Notes under the pieces: generated by a model
Databases searched by the model: none
Seen by the model: only the letters and a program-made list of their open reading frames with translations
Told to the model about the DNA's origin: nothing
Translations under genes and position numbers: made by a program
Shown here: positions 26,993 through 35,791 of the stretch, piece by piece
Layout: every line of letters begins with the position of its first letter
How positions within the stretch are numbered: the stretch's first letter is position 1
Source: an uncultured Gammaproteobacteria bacterium
GTDB taxonomy: Bacteria; Patescibacteriota; Patescibacteriia; UBA1558; GWA2-36-10
Assembly (NCBI GenBank): GCA_964633905.1
Contig: CAZWIT010000003.1
Location: forward strand, 67,193-131,192
DNA length: 64,000 nt
Direction of reading: 5' to 3'

Positions 26993-29593
26993 TTAAACTT
27001 GGGGATTATTTTGATTATCTACAGGAGTAGAATTTTCCACCAAAGCTTCTTCAGCAATCTTGCGACTACGTCTTAATAATAAGATGATGCCGATAATAAA
27101 GATTAAAATAAATACCGCTCCCCCTACATAATAAATATTAAATGGTAATTTTTCCCAGAATTTTTTGCTCTCTACTTTTGCTGGACTAGTTGGCTCCTTA
27201 CTTACAACTGGTTCTCTAGTAATATTAGTAACTTCAAAACTAATAGCACTTGATTGCTTTAATAAATTACCATTACTATCATTGCTAGCAACATAAACCT
27301 TATGCAAACCTTCGCTTAAAGTTTGATCCAATCTATAATTCCAAGATCCGCTAGCATCTGTTTTAGTTGCTAAAACTAAAGGCAAGGAACTATACAAATA
27401 AATATTAACCCAAGTATTTGGATCAGCTGTACCGCTCAAACTTAAGCCCGCTGTTTCTGTTTCTACTTGTTTTAATTGCCAAATCGGATCAATAAGCAAA
27501 GAAGCGTCATGGGGTTGTTCTAAACTGAGTTTAGCTAATATGACTTGATCTAAGGCATTACGCTCGACTCCTAATTTACCGTCGCCAATTGGATTATAGC
27601 CATTTCTTATTTCCTCACCATCTAAATAGCTATCACCATCGGAATCTGGATTAGCGCTATCAGTACCGTAATAAGCTTCTAGATCATCTGGCAATAAATC
27701 TGCATCCCGATCAAGCAATATGGCTGCCGGATTATTTAATAACAATTGCTCAGTGCTAGCTAAAACAGCAGTTGACTTAGCTTTGGCTACTAAAATATTA
27801 GTGTCCATTTTAAGCAAAGGTAAATTCCAAGTTGCTTCTTCGCCGACTGATAACTCTTGTAGCAAATCTTTTAACTTTATAGTTTTAGCAGCTTGATTTT
27901 CTGTCAAAGTTTCTATTTTTTTACTTTCAATTTGAGATAAAGATAAGCGGTATAAATATTTTTGACGCAAAATATTTTGACATTCCTCAGCCGTAGCTAA
28001 TTTACAATCCACTTTAGATAAATATTGACTAGCTAAATAATCCTGACATTGACTTAATTCTGCCAACCCTTGCTCCTGGCAAACAGCTTGTAATTTATTA
28101 TCTCGTAAATAATTTTCACAAGCTATTGAATCAAAAATATTTTGATCCAAACAAGCAAGTGGTATCTGCCCAGATATTTCTGCTTGATATTTACTACATA
28201 TTTGTTGATCAGTAATGCCGGATTTTATACAATTAATATTATTTGTTTCTGTATTATTGTCCGTAAGCAATGGGTCCGTTAAATTATCCGAGCTCGTAGC
28301 CAAATTTTCTGTACTAGTACTTGATTCACCTATCAAAATTTCATTATAAATAGAAATAATCTTAGCTTCACTAGTCACCATGGTGTCTCCTACCAAAGAC
28401 TGCACTAATACATAATAGTTGCCGTTTTCTAATTGCGTGGTATCAAATAAATAAATATATTGCTGACCACCACCAGCATTAGAGCTCTGCAAGACTCCCT
28501 CTGCCTGTAATACTTCTGCTCTGGCTAGACTATCTTGAAAAACAAATTGTAAATTATTTAAATTTTTATCACTATTTGCTTTGAGGGTCACTAGTCCTGA
28601 TAAATTATTACCTGGATTAAAAAGACTCAAGTTAACATCACTGGCTTTTAAAATGGTTGGCAAAACTAAAGCTAAATCAAATGAATCATCAACTGTTATT
28701 TCGCTATCCTCTACTTTGGCTGTGACTAGCAATTTATAATTACCAGCAATAAATGTTTCGTCTAAATTAATAGTTGTATTCCAGCTAAGACCATCTAATT
28801 TATCAATGCCAAGGTCGCCAGTTGATATGGCTGTACTATCAACATTTATTAATTCTATATTTAGATTATCAGCCGCAAAATTAGTAGTTAATTTTAAAGC
28901 TAATTGCGAAGTGCCAAATAAATTATTATTACTTGGCACGGTCAAATTAAAACTTGATAAGCTTATTGTCCTGGTAGTTGTAGTAGGGACAGTTACTTCT
29001 GCGACTGGAACATCGGCAACCAAATTAATGGTGCTGGTCGTGCTGGTGGTAGCATGCTCATCCAAAACTAAGCCTTGATTTTGATCAACTTGGCTAATTA
29101 CTAGCTCTTGATTTTCTGCTTCACTGGCTACAGCTGATGTTAGTTCTGAATCAATATCTAGCAGTTGAACTAAATTAATATCGGAGTTTAAAGTATCTAA
29201 TAAAACACCATTTTTATCAAAAATATTAGCCACCGCTGATAATTGATAAATACCCGCTGGCCAATTTTCAGTATTCCAAGAATTATTCGACTGCCATGAA
29301 CCATCTGACTGCCTACTGGCTTCAAAATTTAATTTAATATTTTTTTCTGGGCTGGCCACTACTAGATAAACTACCGCCTTATTGTCTATTTTTTCATCAT
29401 TTAACTGGATTTGTAAATTTATTTGCTCACCAATTTGATGGCTACTCTGAGCCAAAGGGTTAATTAGGACTGCCTTAAAGTCATAGTCTTGGACAGGGTT
29501 TGCTTTACTAACTACAAAAATTAAACCTTGCACTAAAACTAAAATAGCGAAAAAGAAAAAGGTAAAATGATGATGAATTTTTTGCCAAAGCAT
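26993..29593 (-). CDS. Large surface-anchored protein (signal/TM N-terminus, Cys-rich module, TSP3-like Ca-binding DxDxDG motif, C-terminal TM anchor)
   Basis: 866 aa. Contains NPDSDGDSYLDGEE, a Cys-rich stretch at CIKSGITDQQIC...CQNILRQ, and a C-terminal hydrophobic anchor + RRSRK. Confidence 0.6.
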   Translation of the reverse strand: MLWQKIHHHFTFFFFAILVLVQGLIFVVSKANPVQDYDFKAVLINPLAQSSHQIGEQINLQIQLNDEKIDNKAVVYLVVASPEKNIKLNFEASRQSDGSWQSNNSWNTENWPAGIYQLSAVANIFDKNGVLLDTLNSDINLVQLLDIDSELTSAVASEAENQELVISQVDQNQGLVLDEHATTSTTSTINLVADVPVAEVTVPTTTTRTISLSSFNLTVPSNNNLFGTSQLALKLTTNFAADNLNIELINVDSTAISTGDLGIDKLDGLSWNTTINLDETFIAGNYKLLVTAKVEDSEITVDDSFDLALVLPTILKASDVNLSLFNPGNNLSGLVTLKANSDKNLNNLQFVFQDSLARAEVLQAEGVLQSSNAGGGQQYIYLFDTTQLENGNYYVLVQSLVGDTMVTSEAKIISIYNEILIGESSTSTENLATSSDNLTDPLLTDNNTETNNINCIKSGITDQQICSKYQAEISGQIPLACLDQNIFDSIACENYLRDNKLQAVCQEQGLAELSQCQDYLASQYLSKVDCKLATAEECQNILRQKYLYRLSLSQIESKKIETLTENQAAKTIKLKDLLQELSVGEEATWNLPLLKMDTNILVAKAKSTAVLASTEQLLLNNPAAILLDRDADLLPDDLEAYYGTDSANPDSDGDSYLDGEEIRNGYNPIGDGKLGVERNALDQVILAKLSLEQPHDASLLIDPIWQLKQVETETAGLSLSGTADPNTWVNIYLYSSLPLVLATKTDASGSWNYRLDQTLSEGLHKVYVASNDSNGNLLKQSSAISFEVTNITREPVVSKEPTSPAKVESKKFWEKLPFNIYYVGGAVFILIFIIGIILLLRRSRKIAEEALVENSTPVDNQNNPQV

Positions 29594-29649
29594 AAATTAG
29601 ATAGTAAATTTTAATGGCTTTATTATAGCATAATTAAACTAAAATAAAA

Positions 29650-29745
29650 AAACCGCCCATTTCATTGTCATTGCGAGGGTTTTAAGCCGAAGCAATCTAT
29701 AAGCTGGTAGATTGCCACGCCCTTTGGGCTCGCAATAACGTTTAA
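29650..29745. other. Structured intergenic element with nested inverted repeats (ATTGCGAGG...CTCGCAAT around GCAATCT-ataagctggt-AGATTGC)
   Basis: GC-enriched ~95-nt segment between the pilin gene and the surface-protein gene, preceded by a run of As on the plus strand. Likely a minus-strand terminator/RNA element. Confidence 0.4.
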
Positions 29746-29769
29746 AGACGATTTTTTAAAATTTATATT

Positions 29770-30546
29770 CTATTGACAGGGACAAACGGCAATTGCTCCG
29801 GAGACTTGAGCACAATTAATTGTGCTAGTAGTATAGCTACAAGTATCATCATCTGCCCAGGCTGGTGGATATTCATCAGCGCCTACGCTACATTCCCCAC
29901 AACTATAAGGATCATTAAATACATCATTCAAAATACATAAAGAATCCTGCTTATAACTAACGCCATTAGGGCAAACTTTATTATTAGCAGCACAAACCGT
30001 ATCGCAACTTTCCGACCAAGCTTCAGTGCCATACCAACAATAACCACCAGCATAAGTTGCACAAGCATCTACTAATCTAGCCTGGTATTCTACTGCTGCC
30101 ACACTATAGCTACAAGAACCAAAAACAATATTATTATTAGCATCGGCTAAAATATAATAACCAGTATCTACCTCGCTACTTTTATCAGGATCAATTGGTA
30201 ATCTGCCTAAATATTTATCAAAAAAATCTTGGTCACTAATCGCTAAACAATACTCAGTACTAGCACCACAAGTAAGTTGAGTGCCTGATTGAGTAGAGCA
30301 CAAAACTTTTTTGCTGCTATTTACCTGCCCTAAAATAGGCAAAGCGCCTTTATGATCGCGCGCATAACTCGTAAAAGCATTAGCAATATTCAAAATATCA
30401 TTTTGACGCCTTTTGTCTTCGGCTTTGCCAACTTGAGCAACTGGATCAACCCAATAAAATACCGCCGTTCCTAAAATCATTAACACGCCTAATACTATTA
30501 ATAACTCAAGTAAAGAAAAACCTTTTTGATCTTTTATTATTTTCAT
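29770..30546 (-). CDS. Type IV pilin-like protein (prepilin-type N-terminal cleavage/methylation domain) with Cys-rich C-terminal domain
   Basis: N-terminus KGFSLLELLIVLGVLMILGTAVF is a class III signal (G^FSLLE with Glu+5). Confidence 0.75.
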   Translation of the reverse strand: MKIIKDQKGFSLLELLIVLGVLMILGTAVFYWVDPVAQVGKAEDKRRQNDILNIANAFTSYARDHKGALPILGQVNSSKKVLCSTQSGTQLTCGASTEYCLAISDQDFFDKYLGRLPIDPDKSSEVDTGYYILADANNNIVFGSCSYSVAAVEYQARLVDACATYAGGYCWYGTEAWSESCDTVCAANNKVCPNGVSYKQDSLCILNDVFNDPYSCGECSVGADEYPPAWADDDTCSYTTSTINCAQVSGAIAVCPCQ

Positions 30547-30550
30547 ATTA

Positions 30551-31411
30551 TTAGCTAAATTCTTCTAATAATTTATCAATATTTCTAACTAGCATTGGCC
30601 GCTTCACTAAAGCTTTACCACTTAGCTGCGGTAATTTACTCGCATAGTGCTCTTTGGGTGCTTGATAAAAAATACCATAAGGAATTTTATCACCCCAAAG
30701 CAAACTGCTCTCTAGGGCTAACTTACGATCTTGTTTATTATAATCTTTTTGTTCATCTAAATTATACAAACGATCATAAAACCACTTAAAGGTATTGATT
30801 TTATTAAAAGTAACACAAGGTTGAAAGACATCGACTAAAGCAAAACCCGGATAAGAAATAGCACTTTTAAATAATTCTTTTAGATGCTGAGCTTGGCCAG
30901 AAAAACCACGTGCCACAAAGCCAATGTTTTGAGCCAGAGATAAAGCAATAGGATTAACAGCTTCATCAATCACCCCTTGAGGAGTTGATTTTGTTTTAAA
31001 ACCTTGATCAGAAGTAGGTGCCGTTTGACCAGTAGTCAAACCATAAACCTTATTATCATGAGTAATATAAGTAGTATTAACATTACCCCTAACAGCATGC
31101 AGAAAATGCCCCAAGCCCTCGCCATAACCATCGCCATCACCACCCATAGCAATAACCGTCAAATCTTGATTAGCTAGTTTTGCTCCCACAGCTGTAGGTA
31201 GCGTGCGTCCATGCAGAGAATGCCAAACATAAGTTTTGGTAAAATTATTATTATTACCAGAGCAACCAATACCATAAACTATTAATACCTGTTCGGGATT
31301 TAAATTAAGCTCAGCTAAAGCTTGCCGCAAAGCAATCCAAATACCAAAATTTCCACAACCTGGACACCAAGTGGGCTGATGCGGTGTTAAAAAATCTTTA
31401 TCCGTCAACAT
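30551..31411 (-). CDS. korB: 2-oxoacid:ferredoxin oxidoreductase, beta (TPP-binding) subunit
   Basis: TWCPGCGNFG, IGCSGNNNN and GGDGDGYGEG TPP/Mg-binding motifs. Confidence 0.85.
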   Translation of the reverse strand: MLTDKDFLTPHQPTWCPGCGNFGIWIALRQALAELNLNPEQVLIVYGIGCSGNNNNFTKTYVWHSLHGRTLPTAVGAKLANQDLTVIAMGGDGDGYGEGLGHFLHAVRGNVNTTYITHDNKVYGLTTGQTAPTSDQGFKTKSTPQGVIDEAVNPIALSLAQNIGFVARGFSGQAQHLKELFKSAISYPGFALVDVFQPCVTFNKINTFKWFYDRLYNLDEQKDYNKQDRKLALESSLLWGDKIPYGIFYQAPKEHYASKLPQLSGKALVKRPMLVRNIDKLLEEFS

Positions 31412-31413
31412 AT

Positions 31414-33150
31414 TTATATTTTATTTAAAGCCGCCACTAATTCTTCTCTAAAAAATGGTCGACCATCATATTTTAATAATTTATTTTTAATCAACACGCC
31501 AGTTTCCTGAGCAATTAATTGTCCTAATTGCGCATTGCTATTATTTTCTACTAATAAAATTTGTTTAGATGATTTTAAAATATTGTTTACAAAATCCTTT
31601 GGAAAAGGCCAGATATATTGTAATTGCATCAGCCTAATTTTACTTTGTTGTTTACTAGCTAACTGATTATAAGCATCCAATATTGGTCCTTTAGTTGAAC
31701 CCCAAAAGACCACTGTCTTTTTGGCCCTAGGGTTACCATAGATAATTGGCATTGGCATTTTAGCAGCAAAGGTATTTAATTTTTGCTGACGTTTATCTAC
31801 TTGCGCTTTACGATTAGCACTTGATTCATCAGTATAACCATAGGCATCATGCTCATCGCTATTAGCATTAAACAAACCACCCGGCATGCCTGGTATGGTG
31901 CGCGGTGAAATACCGTCAGCTGTTAAACGATAACGTTGATAATTCTTTATTTTTTTAAGTTGGGCTAAATCTAATAATTTGCCTCGATTGATTTTTATTT
32001 TTTTAACATTAAATCTAGGCACTGTGCTATCACCCTCTGAAATAAATTTATCTAACAAAATAATAACTGGCAACTGATAAATATCAGCTAAATTCAAAGC
32101 CTCAGCCGCCAAATAAAAAGCTTCGCTAGCGTCAGCTGGTGCTAAAATAATTCTGGGAAAATCACCTTGAGCAGCTCGCAATACAAATTGTAAATCTCCC
32201 TGCTCTGTCCAAGTAGGCAGTCCCGTGGCTGGACCTGGTCTTTGTGCATTAACTACTACTAAAGGCGTTTCTGTAATACCGGCCAAGCCCAAAGCTTCTA
32301 CCATTAAAGAAAAACCACCGCCAGAAGTTGCTATCATTGCTCGAGCACCCACAACGGAAGCACCTAAGGCCATATTAATAACAGAAATTTCATCTTCAGC
32401 GTGCTTTACAACAAGGCCAGTCTCTTCGGCAACTTGAGCTAAATAATGTAAAATAGAAGATGAAGGGGTCATGGGATAGCCAGCGTAAAAATTAAGACCC
32501 CCAGCCAAAGCTCCTAAAGCAGTGGCCTCATTAGCACTAATTAAAATATTAGTATTAACTTTGTAGCTGACTAACTGACAATAAAATTGTTGCTGATAAA
32601 CAGTCTGCAATTCCTTAAAACCTAAGGCCAAGGCTTTTAAATTACTACTTACCAACTCTTTGCCTTTACCTTTAAAATTTTCTTTAACTACCTGATTAGC
32701 AATCGTTAAGTCTTGTCCAACTAAAGCAAGCGTTGCCCCTAAAGCAACAACATTGCGCATAATATCTCCACCCGCCAATTTAGCAATCGTGGTTAATGGC
32801 AAGGGAATAAAATTAATTTTAGGGTTATATTTTTTTATTTTTAGATTTATTTTATCTTCATCATAAATTACTACTCCACCCGCAACTAATTCTTCATGAT
32901 GTAAATTAATAGTCTCTTGATTTAAGGCTACCAGTACATCAATTTGGGCATTAACGCTATTGGTTTCTTTGATATCAATAGTTAATTGAAATGTATTATG
33001 CCCACCTCGAATCAAAGAAGGATATTCGGTGTAATCAAATACTTCATAACCTGCTTTCATAAAAATTTTAGCCAAGATCATACCAGCTGATTTAATACCA
33101 AAACCAGCTTCACCACCAATTTTCCAGTTAAGATTATTTTTACTAATCAT
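31414..33150 (-). CDS. korA: 2-oxoacid:ferredoxin oxidoreductase, alpha subunit (fused gamma/alpha-type)
   Basis: 578 aa. GYPMTPSS and other POR/KOR alpha motifs. Its stop is 3 bp before the beta-subunit start. Confidence 0.85.
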   Translation of the reverse strand: MISKNNLNWKIGGEAGFGIKSAGMILAKIFMKAGYEVFDYTEYPSLIRGGHNTFQLTIDIKETNSVNAQIDVLVALNQETINLHHEELVAGGVVIYDEDKINLKIKKYNPKINFIPLPLTTIAKLAGGDIMRNVVALGATLALVGQDLTIANQVVKENFKGKGKELVSSNLKALALGFKELQTVYQQQFYCQLVSYKVNTNILISANEATALGALAGGLNFYAGYPMTPSSSILHYLAQVAEETGLVVKHAEDEISVINMALGASVVGARAMIATSGGGFSLMVEALGLAGITETPLVVVNAQRPGPATGLPTWTEQGDLQFVLRAAQGDFPRIILAPADASEAFYLAAEALNLADIYQLPVIILLDKFISEGDSTVPRFNVKKIKINRGKLLDLAQLKKIKNYQRYRLTADGISPRTIPGMPGGLFNANSDEHDAYGYTDESSANRKAQVDKRQQKLNTFAAKMPMPIIYGNPRAKKTVVFWGSTKGPILDAYNQLASKQQSKIRLMQLQYIWPFPKDFVNNILKSSKQILLVENNSNAQLGQLIAQETGVLIKNKLLKYDGRPFFREELVAALNKI

Positions 33151-33264
33151 AAATATAGTTTCTAATTTCTAAACATTCACCCCGTGGAATACCACCAAAA
33201 TTTAACAAATAAATTTTAATTGCTATTTAAATATTTTTATAATAACAATTCAAAATTATAAAAC

Positions 33265-33308
33265 TAAAGCTGGTGGTAGTTTCCGCTTACAGCGGAAACT
33301 ATTCCACT
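33265..33308. other. Long imperfect hairpin (~17 bp stem: CTGGTGGTAGTTTCCGC-ttaca-GCGGAAACTAttCCACtGGG) in the korA upstream region
   Basis: Direct reading; 8 bp perfect core GTTTCCGC/GCGGAAAC. Confidence 0.4.
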
Positions 33309-33342
33309 GGGTAAATTATAACAGAAAGCTCAATTATTTTCT

Positions 33343-33379
33343 AATTAAAACAAAACCCAGCCCTTTACAGAGGGGCTGG
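33343..33379 (-). terminator. Intrinsic terminator CCAGCCCC-tctgtaaa-GGGCTGGG + TTTTGTTTTAATT (minus strand)
   Basis: 8-bp GC stem followed by a T-rich tract on the minus strand, downstream of the small ORFs at 33543-33856. Confidence 0.55.
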
Positions 33380-33542
33380 ATCGGTAGGCCTTAGAGCAAA
33401 CCTTAAAAAAATATTAGTCAGGGGGGCATTTTATTAAATTTTAATAATTAAGCATAGCTGGCATAAGCTGCCCAACTAAACAAAAGTAAAATGTGCATTG
33501 AATAGCTACTTAGATAAAATTTATTTATCATATGTTTTATAA

Positions 33543-33683
33543 TTATATCCAGGTTGATGCCCAGACAAAATAACTTAACACTATCAGGGATAAAATAGCC
33601 CAATTTTCATGACTAGCAACTTCGGGCGAGCAATAAAAATCGCTTTTACGCCAAGAAGTTACCTTGCATTGTGGTGTTTCCAT
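33543..33683 (-). CDS. Small tail-anchored membrane peptide (46 aa), candidate; not in the ORF track
   Basis: METPQCKVTSWRKSDFYCSPEVASHENWAILSLIVLSYFVWASTWI. Immediately follows the 33713..33856 ORF in the same promoter-terminator unit. Confidence 0.3.
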   Translation of the reverse strand: METPQCKVTSWRKSDFYCSPEVASHENWAILSLIVLSYFVWASTWI

Positions 33684-33712
33684 AATTTTATTTTTATTTA
33701 ATTATAATTAAC

Positions 33713-33856
33713 TTAAACTGTTTGACTCATCATTACTATTAAAGTAATAGACCCTACTAAACATAGTAAGATAATTGCCCAATAATCACCGGATCGCAAT
33801 TTGGCATCACCGGGGCGTACTACTAATCTAAAAGATTTAATTTGACCATCATTCAT
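33713..33856 (-). CDS. Small tail-anchored membrane peptide (47 aa), candidate; not in the ORF track
   Basis: MNDGQIKSFRLVVRPGDAKLRSGDYWAIILLCLVGSITLIVMMSQTV. Lies downstream of the consensus promoter and of a leader hairpin ending in a U-run. Confidence 0.35.
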   Translation of the reverse strand: MNDGQIKSFRLVVRPGDAKLRSGDYWAIILLCLVGSITLIVMMSQTV

Positions 33857-33927
33857 ATATTTTATAGATAAATAAAAAATTGGCCGCAAGAGACAGTTCT
33901 CTTAAGCCAATTTTAAACTACATATAC

Positions 33928-33956
33928 ATGATAGCATAAAAAAATGCTTTTGTCAA
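33928..33956 (-). promoter_or_regulatory. Consensus sigma70 promoter TTGACA-17-TATCAT (minus strand), followed by leader hairpin AATTGGC-ttAAGAGAactgTCTCTTgc-GGCCAATTTTTT (33870-33912)
   Basis: -35 at 33951-33956, -10 at 33928-33933. The nested stem-loop plus U-run sits immediately before the ATG of the 33713..33856 ORF. Confidence 0.5.
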
Positions 33957-33984
33957 TCAAAACAAATATTTTTTATTAAAAAAT

Positions 33985-34022
33985 CCCGCCTAACGCCTGT
34001 AATAACGTTTCAGCGGGAAAAA
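33985..34022 (-). terminator. Intrinsic terminator TCCCGC-(22 nt loop)-GCGGGA + TTTTTTAAT
   Basis: Directly after the stop (34023) of the 57-aa membrane protein gene. Confidence 0.5.
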
Positions 34023-34196
34023 TCATTTTGAAGAAAAAACTTCTTCTCGAAAATCACCCTCGCTGGTATATACTTCTAATTCACTGGCAGTATCCTCTGA
34101 TTCACTTGCAAACATTTTAAATACATAGACTAATAAACATATCAGACCAAAACCTAGACCCAACAAACAAAGAATGATAATAAGGACGATTTTCAT
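34023..34196 (-). CDS. Small membrane-anchored acidic protein (57 aa from the internal ATG with SD GGAGGGG)
   Basis: The track ORF 34023..34226 starts at TTG. A stronger start is the ATG at 34196 (GAAGGAGGGGAAAAG-ATG), giving MKIVLIIILCLLGLGFGLICLLVYVFKMFASESEDTASELEVYTSEGDFREEVFSSK. Own promoter TTGCAA-17-TAGTAT and terminator. Confidence 0.5.
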   Translation of the reverse strand: MKIVLIIILCLLGLGFGLICLLVYVFKMFASESEDTASELEVYTSEGDFREEVFSSK

Positions 34197-34282
34197 CTTT
34201 TCCCCTCCTTCAAGGATAAAGGACAAGCTAGGTCACTCCTATTACTTTAATATACTAAACAAATTATGCTGATTTTGCAATA

Positions 34283-34318
34283 TATAAAAATAAAACCCAC
34301 CGCGTCAGACACGGTGAG
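34283..34318 (-). terminator. Weak intrinsic terminator CACCG-tgtctgacg-CGGTG + GGTTTTATTTTTAT
   Basis: After the stop of the 73-aa zinc-ribbon ORF. Confidence 0.4.
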
Positions 34319-34342
34319 CTAAAAATAACTCACAAGTTTATA

Positions 34343-34564
34343 TTAACTTGATAATACGAATACGAATTTCTCTTTGAGATCATAAGTATCTATGGCTCTT
34401 ACCCCACAAAGCGGACAACCATACACTCTATCAGTATAAGGATTTAGTTGAGCATTAACATTGCAGGTCTTACATTTGTAAGAATTTATTTCTCTCCACT
34501 TACCGCCAGAGCCAACCGCTAAATCAAGAATATCTTCATGCCTTTTACAACTAGGAATAGGCAC
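34343..34564 (-). CDS. Small zinc-ribbon protein (C6, CKTC, CPLC), hypothetical
   Basis: Track ORF. SD AGGAGG about 8 nt upstream (34571-34576). Own promoter TTGACA-17-TATGCT (34609-34637). Start codon assignment is uncertain: my reading of bases 34559-34564 (agcaca) would encode Ala-Cys rather than the Met-Pro shown in the track, which may be a misread on my part. Confidence 0.5.
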   Translation of the reverse strand: MPIPSCKRHEDILDLAVGSGGKWREINSYKCKTCNVNAQLNPYTDRVYGCPLCGVRAIDTYDLKEKFVFVLSS

Positions 34565-34608
34565 AATCCTACCTCCTGTGAGCTAGTTAACAATGATCGG
34601 GACAAAAA

Positions 34609-34637
34609 TAGCATAAGTGAAAACAACAACATTGTCA
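34609..34637 (-). promoter_or_regulatory. Consensus sigma70 promoter TTGACA-17-TATGCT (minus strand) for the zinc-ribbon gene
   Basis: -35 at 34632-34637, -10 at 34609-34614, 17-nt spacer. Confidence 0.5.
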
Positions 34638-34640
34638 ATT

Positions 34641-34696
34641 TAAGAAAAAGAAAAGGCCTGCTACGATCTTGCTAGATAAGCAAGGAGCAGGCCTTT
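34641..34696 (-). terminator. Strong intrinsic terminator AAAGGCCTGCT-(24 nt)-AGCAGGCCTTT + TCTTTTTCTT
   Basis: 11-bp GC stem followed by a T-tract immediately after the stop of the GC-rich 355-aa gene. Confidence 0.65.
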
Positions 34697-34723
34697 GAAT
34701 ACGAGTCTTGACACTAGCCTGGG

Positions 34724-35791
34724 CTAGCCACGACGCAGACTGCGCCAGTTGATCGGCTGAGGAGCCACTTGCTGACGCAAACTCTGGCAACGCTCCAGGC
34801 CGAAGCAGTGGAAGGGGCACTCTTGCCCCAAGCACTGCTTGGTTTCCCGGCAGTGCTCATGGGGCAGGTGGTCCGAGCGCACGCCCAGAATAGCAGCGGC
34901 CACAATGACCTCAAACGACAGCTGAGTGACCGGCACGTCCGGATGACTCAAGCTACCATTGAGAAACATCTGGCCGGCTTTCTGGTAGTGCCACTCTTCG
35001 GCACCTTCTACCTTGCCTTCTTGGGCAAGGGTCTCGGCATCCAAGGACTCTTCCAAGCCCTTGGTGGAGCGTTCGCCAACGCGGAGAATGCGCGCCACGT
35101 CTTCCAGTCGCCAGTTCTGCCTGTTGCAGAAAATCTGGACATGCCCAGAAGAACGCTGCACAATCACCACGTCAGCCGCCAGACCGCCGTCCTCGACAGA
35201 GGCACGCGCCATGTTCACAGACATGGTATTGTCGGTCTTGAGCACTGCCAGACGGCAGGCCTTCTGACCGACGACCAGGTCGTGAATTTCGGAATCAGCC
35301 AGCTCGACGCGCGCCGCCTGCCCTCGCTCTTGCTCGGCGTACTTGGCATCAAGTGCCATAATAGCCCAGATAAGAGCATGTTCAGGATCTTTGACGTAGT
35401 GGAACATCAGCTTGGTCAGGGAGAACAAGTCAAAAGGCTGACTGCCTCCGCGTGTGTCGATCCGATGTGTGAATGCCAAAATCTTGGCCAGCGCCGGATC
35501 AGAATCAATCCCTAAGTCCTTGGCTACCAAAGTAGCCGCACACTCAGGACTGGCCTGACCGTTGCGATGTTCGTCAAAACGACCACCGCCAACGCCGATC
35601 AGCAGACAGCCGTCTGCTTCCCACTCTTCTGCCGAGCGATTGTCCGGCGACTTACCACCAGACCAATACTCGACAACAGCCTGATCCACGCCAGGGTATT
35701 TCTTGCTACCCCAGCGCCAGAGCATCCAGATAGCCACGATCTCGTCGAGATGTGGCTTCAGATGCGTCACGATCCTGCGAATATTAGGCAT
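34724..35791 (-). CDS. GC-rich foreign-looking gene: putative metal-dependent hydrolase, MYG1/UPF0160-like N-terminal motifs
   Basis: About 58% GC with CTG/GCG/CGT-rich codons in a one-third-GC genome. Strong SD AAGGAG 6 nt before the ATG. Motifs VTHLKPHLDEIVAIWML and LIGVGGGRFDEH resemble MYG1 THxGxFHxDEALA and DVGGxYD..DHHQ. Many overlapping alternative-frame ORFs are GC artefacts. Confidence 0.6.
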   Translation of the reverse strand: MPNIRRIVTHLKPHLDEIVAIWMLWRWGSKKYPGVDQAVVEYWSGGKSPDNRSAEEWEADGCLLIGVGGGRFDEHRNGQASPECAATLVAKDLGIDSDPALAKILAFTHRIDTRGGSQPFDLFSLTKLMFHYVKDPEHALIWAIMALDAKYAEQERGQAARVELADSEIHDLVVGQKACRLAVLKTDNTMSVNMARASVEDGGLAADVVIVQRSSGHVQIFCNRQNWRLEDVARILRVGERSTKGLEESLDAETLAQEGKVEGAEEWHYQKAGQMFLNGSLSHPDVPVTQLSFEVIVAAAILGVRSDHLPHEHCRETKQCLGQECPFHCFGLERCQSLRQQVAPQPINWRSLRRG

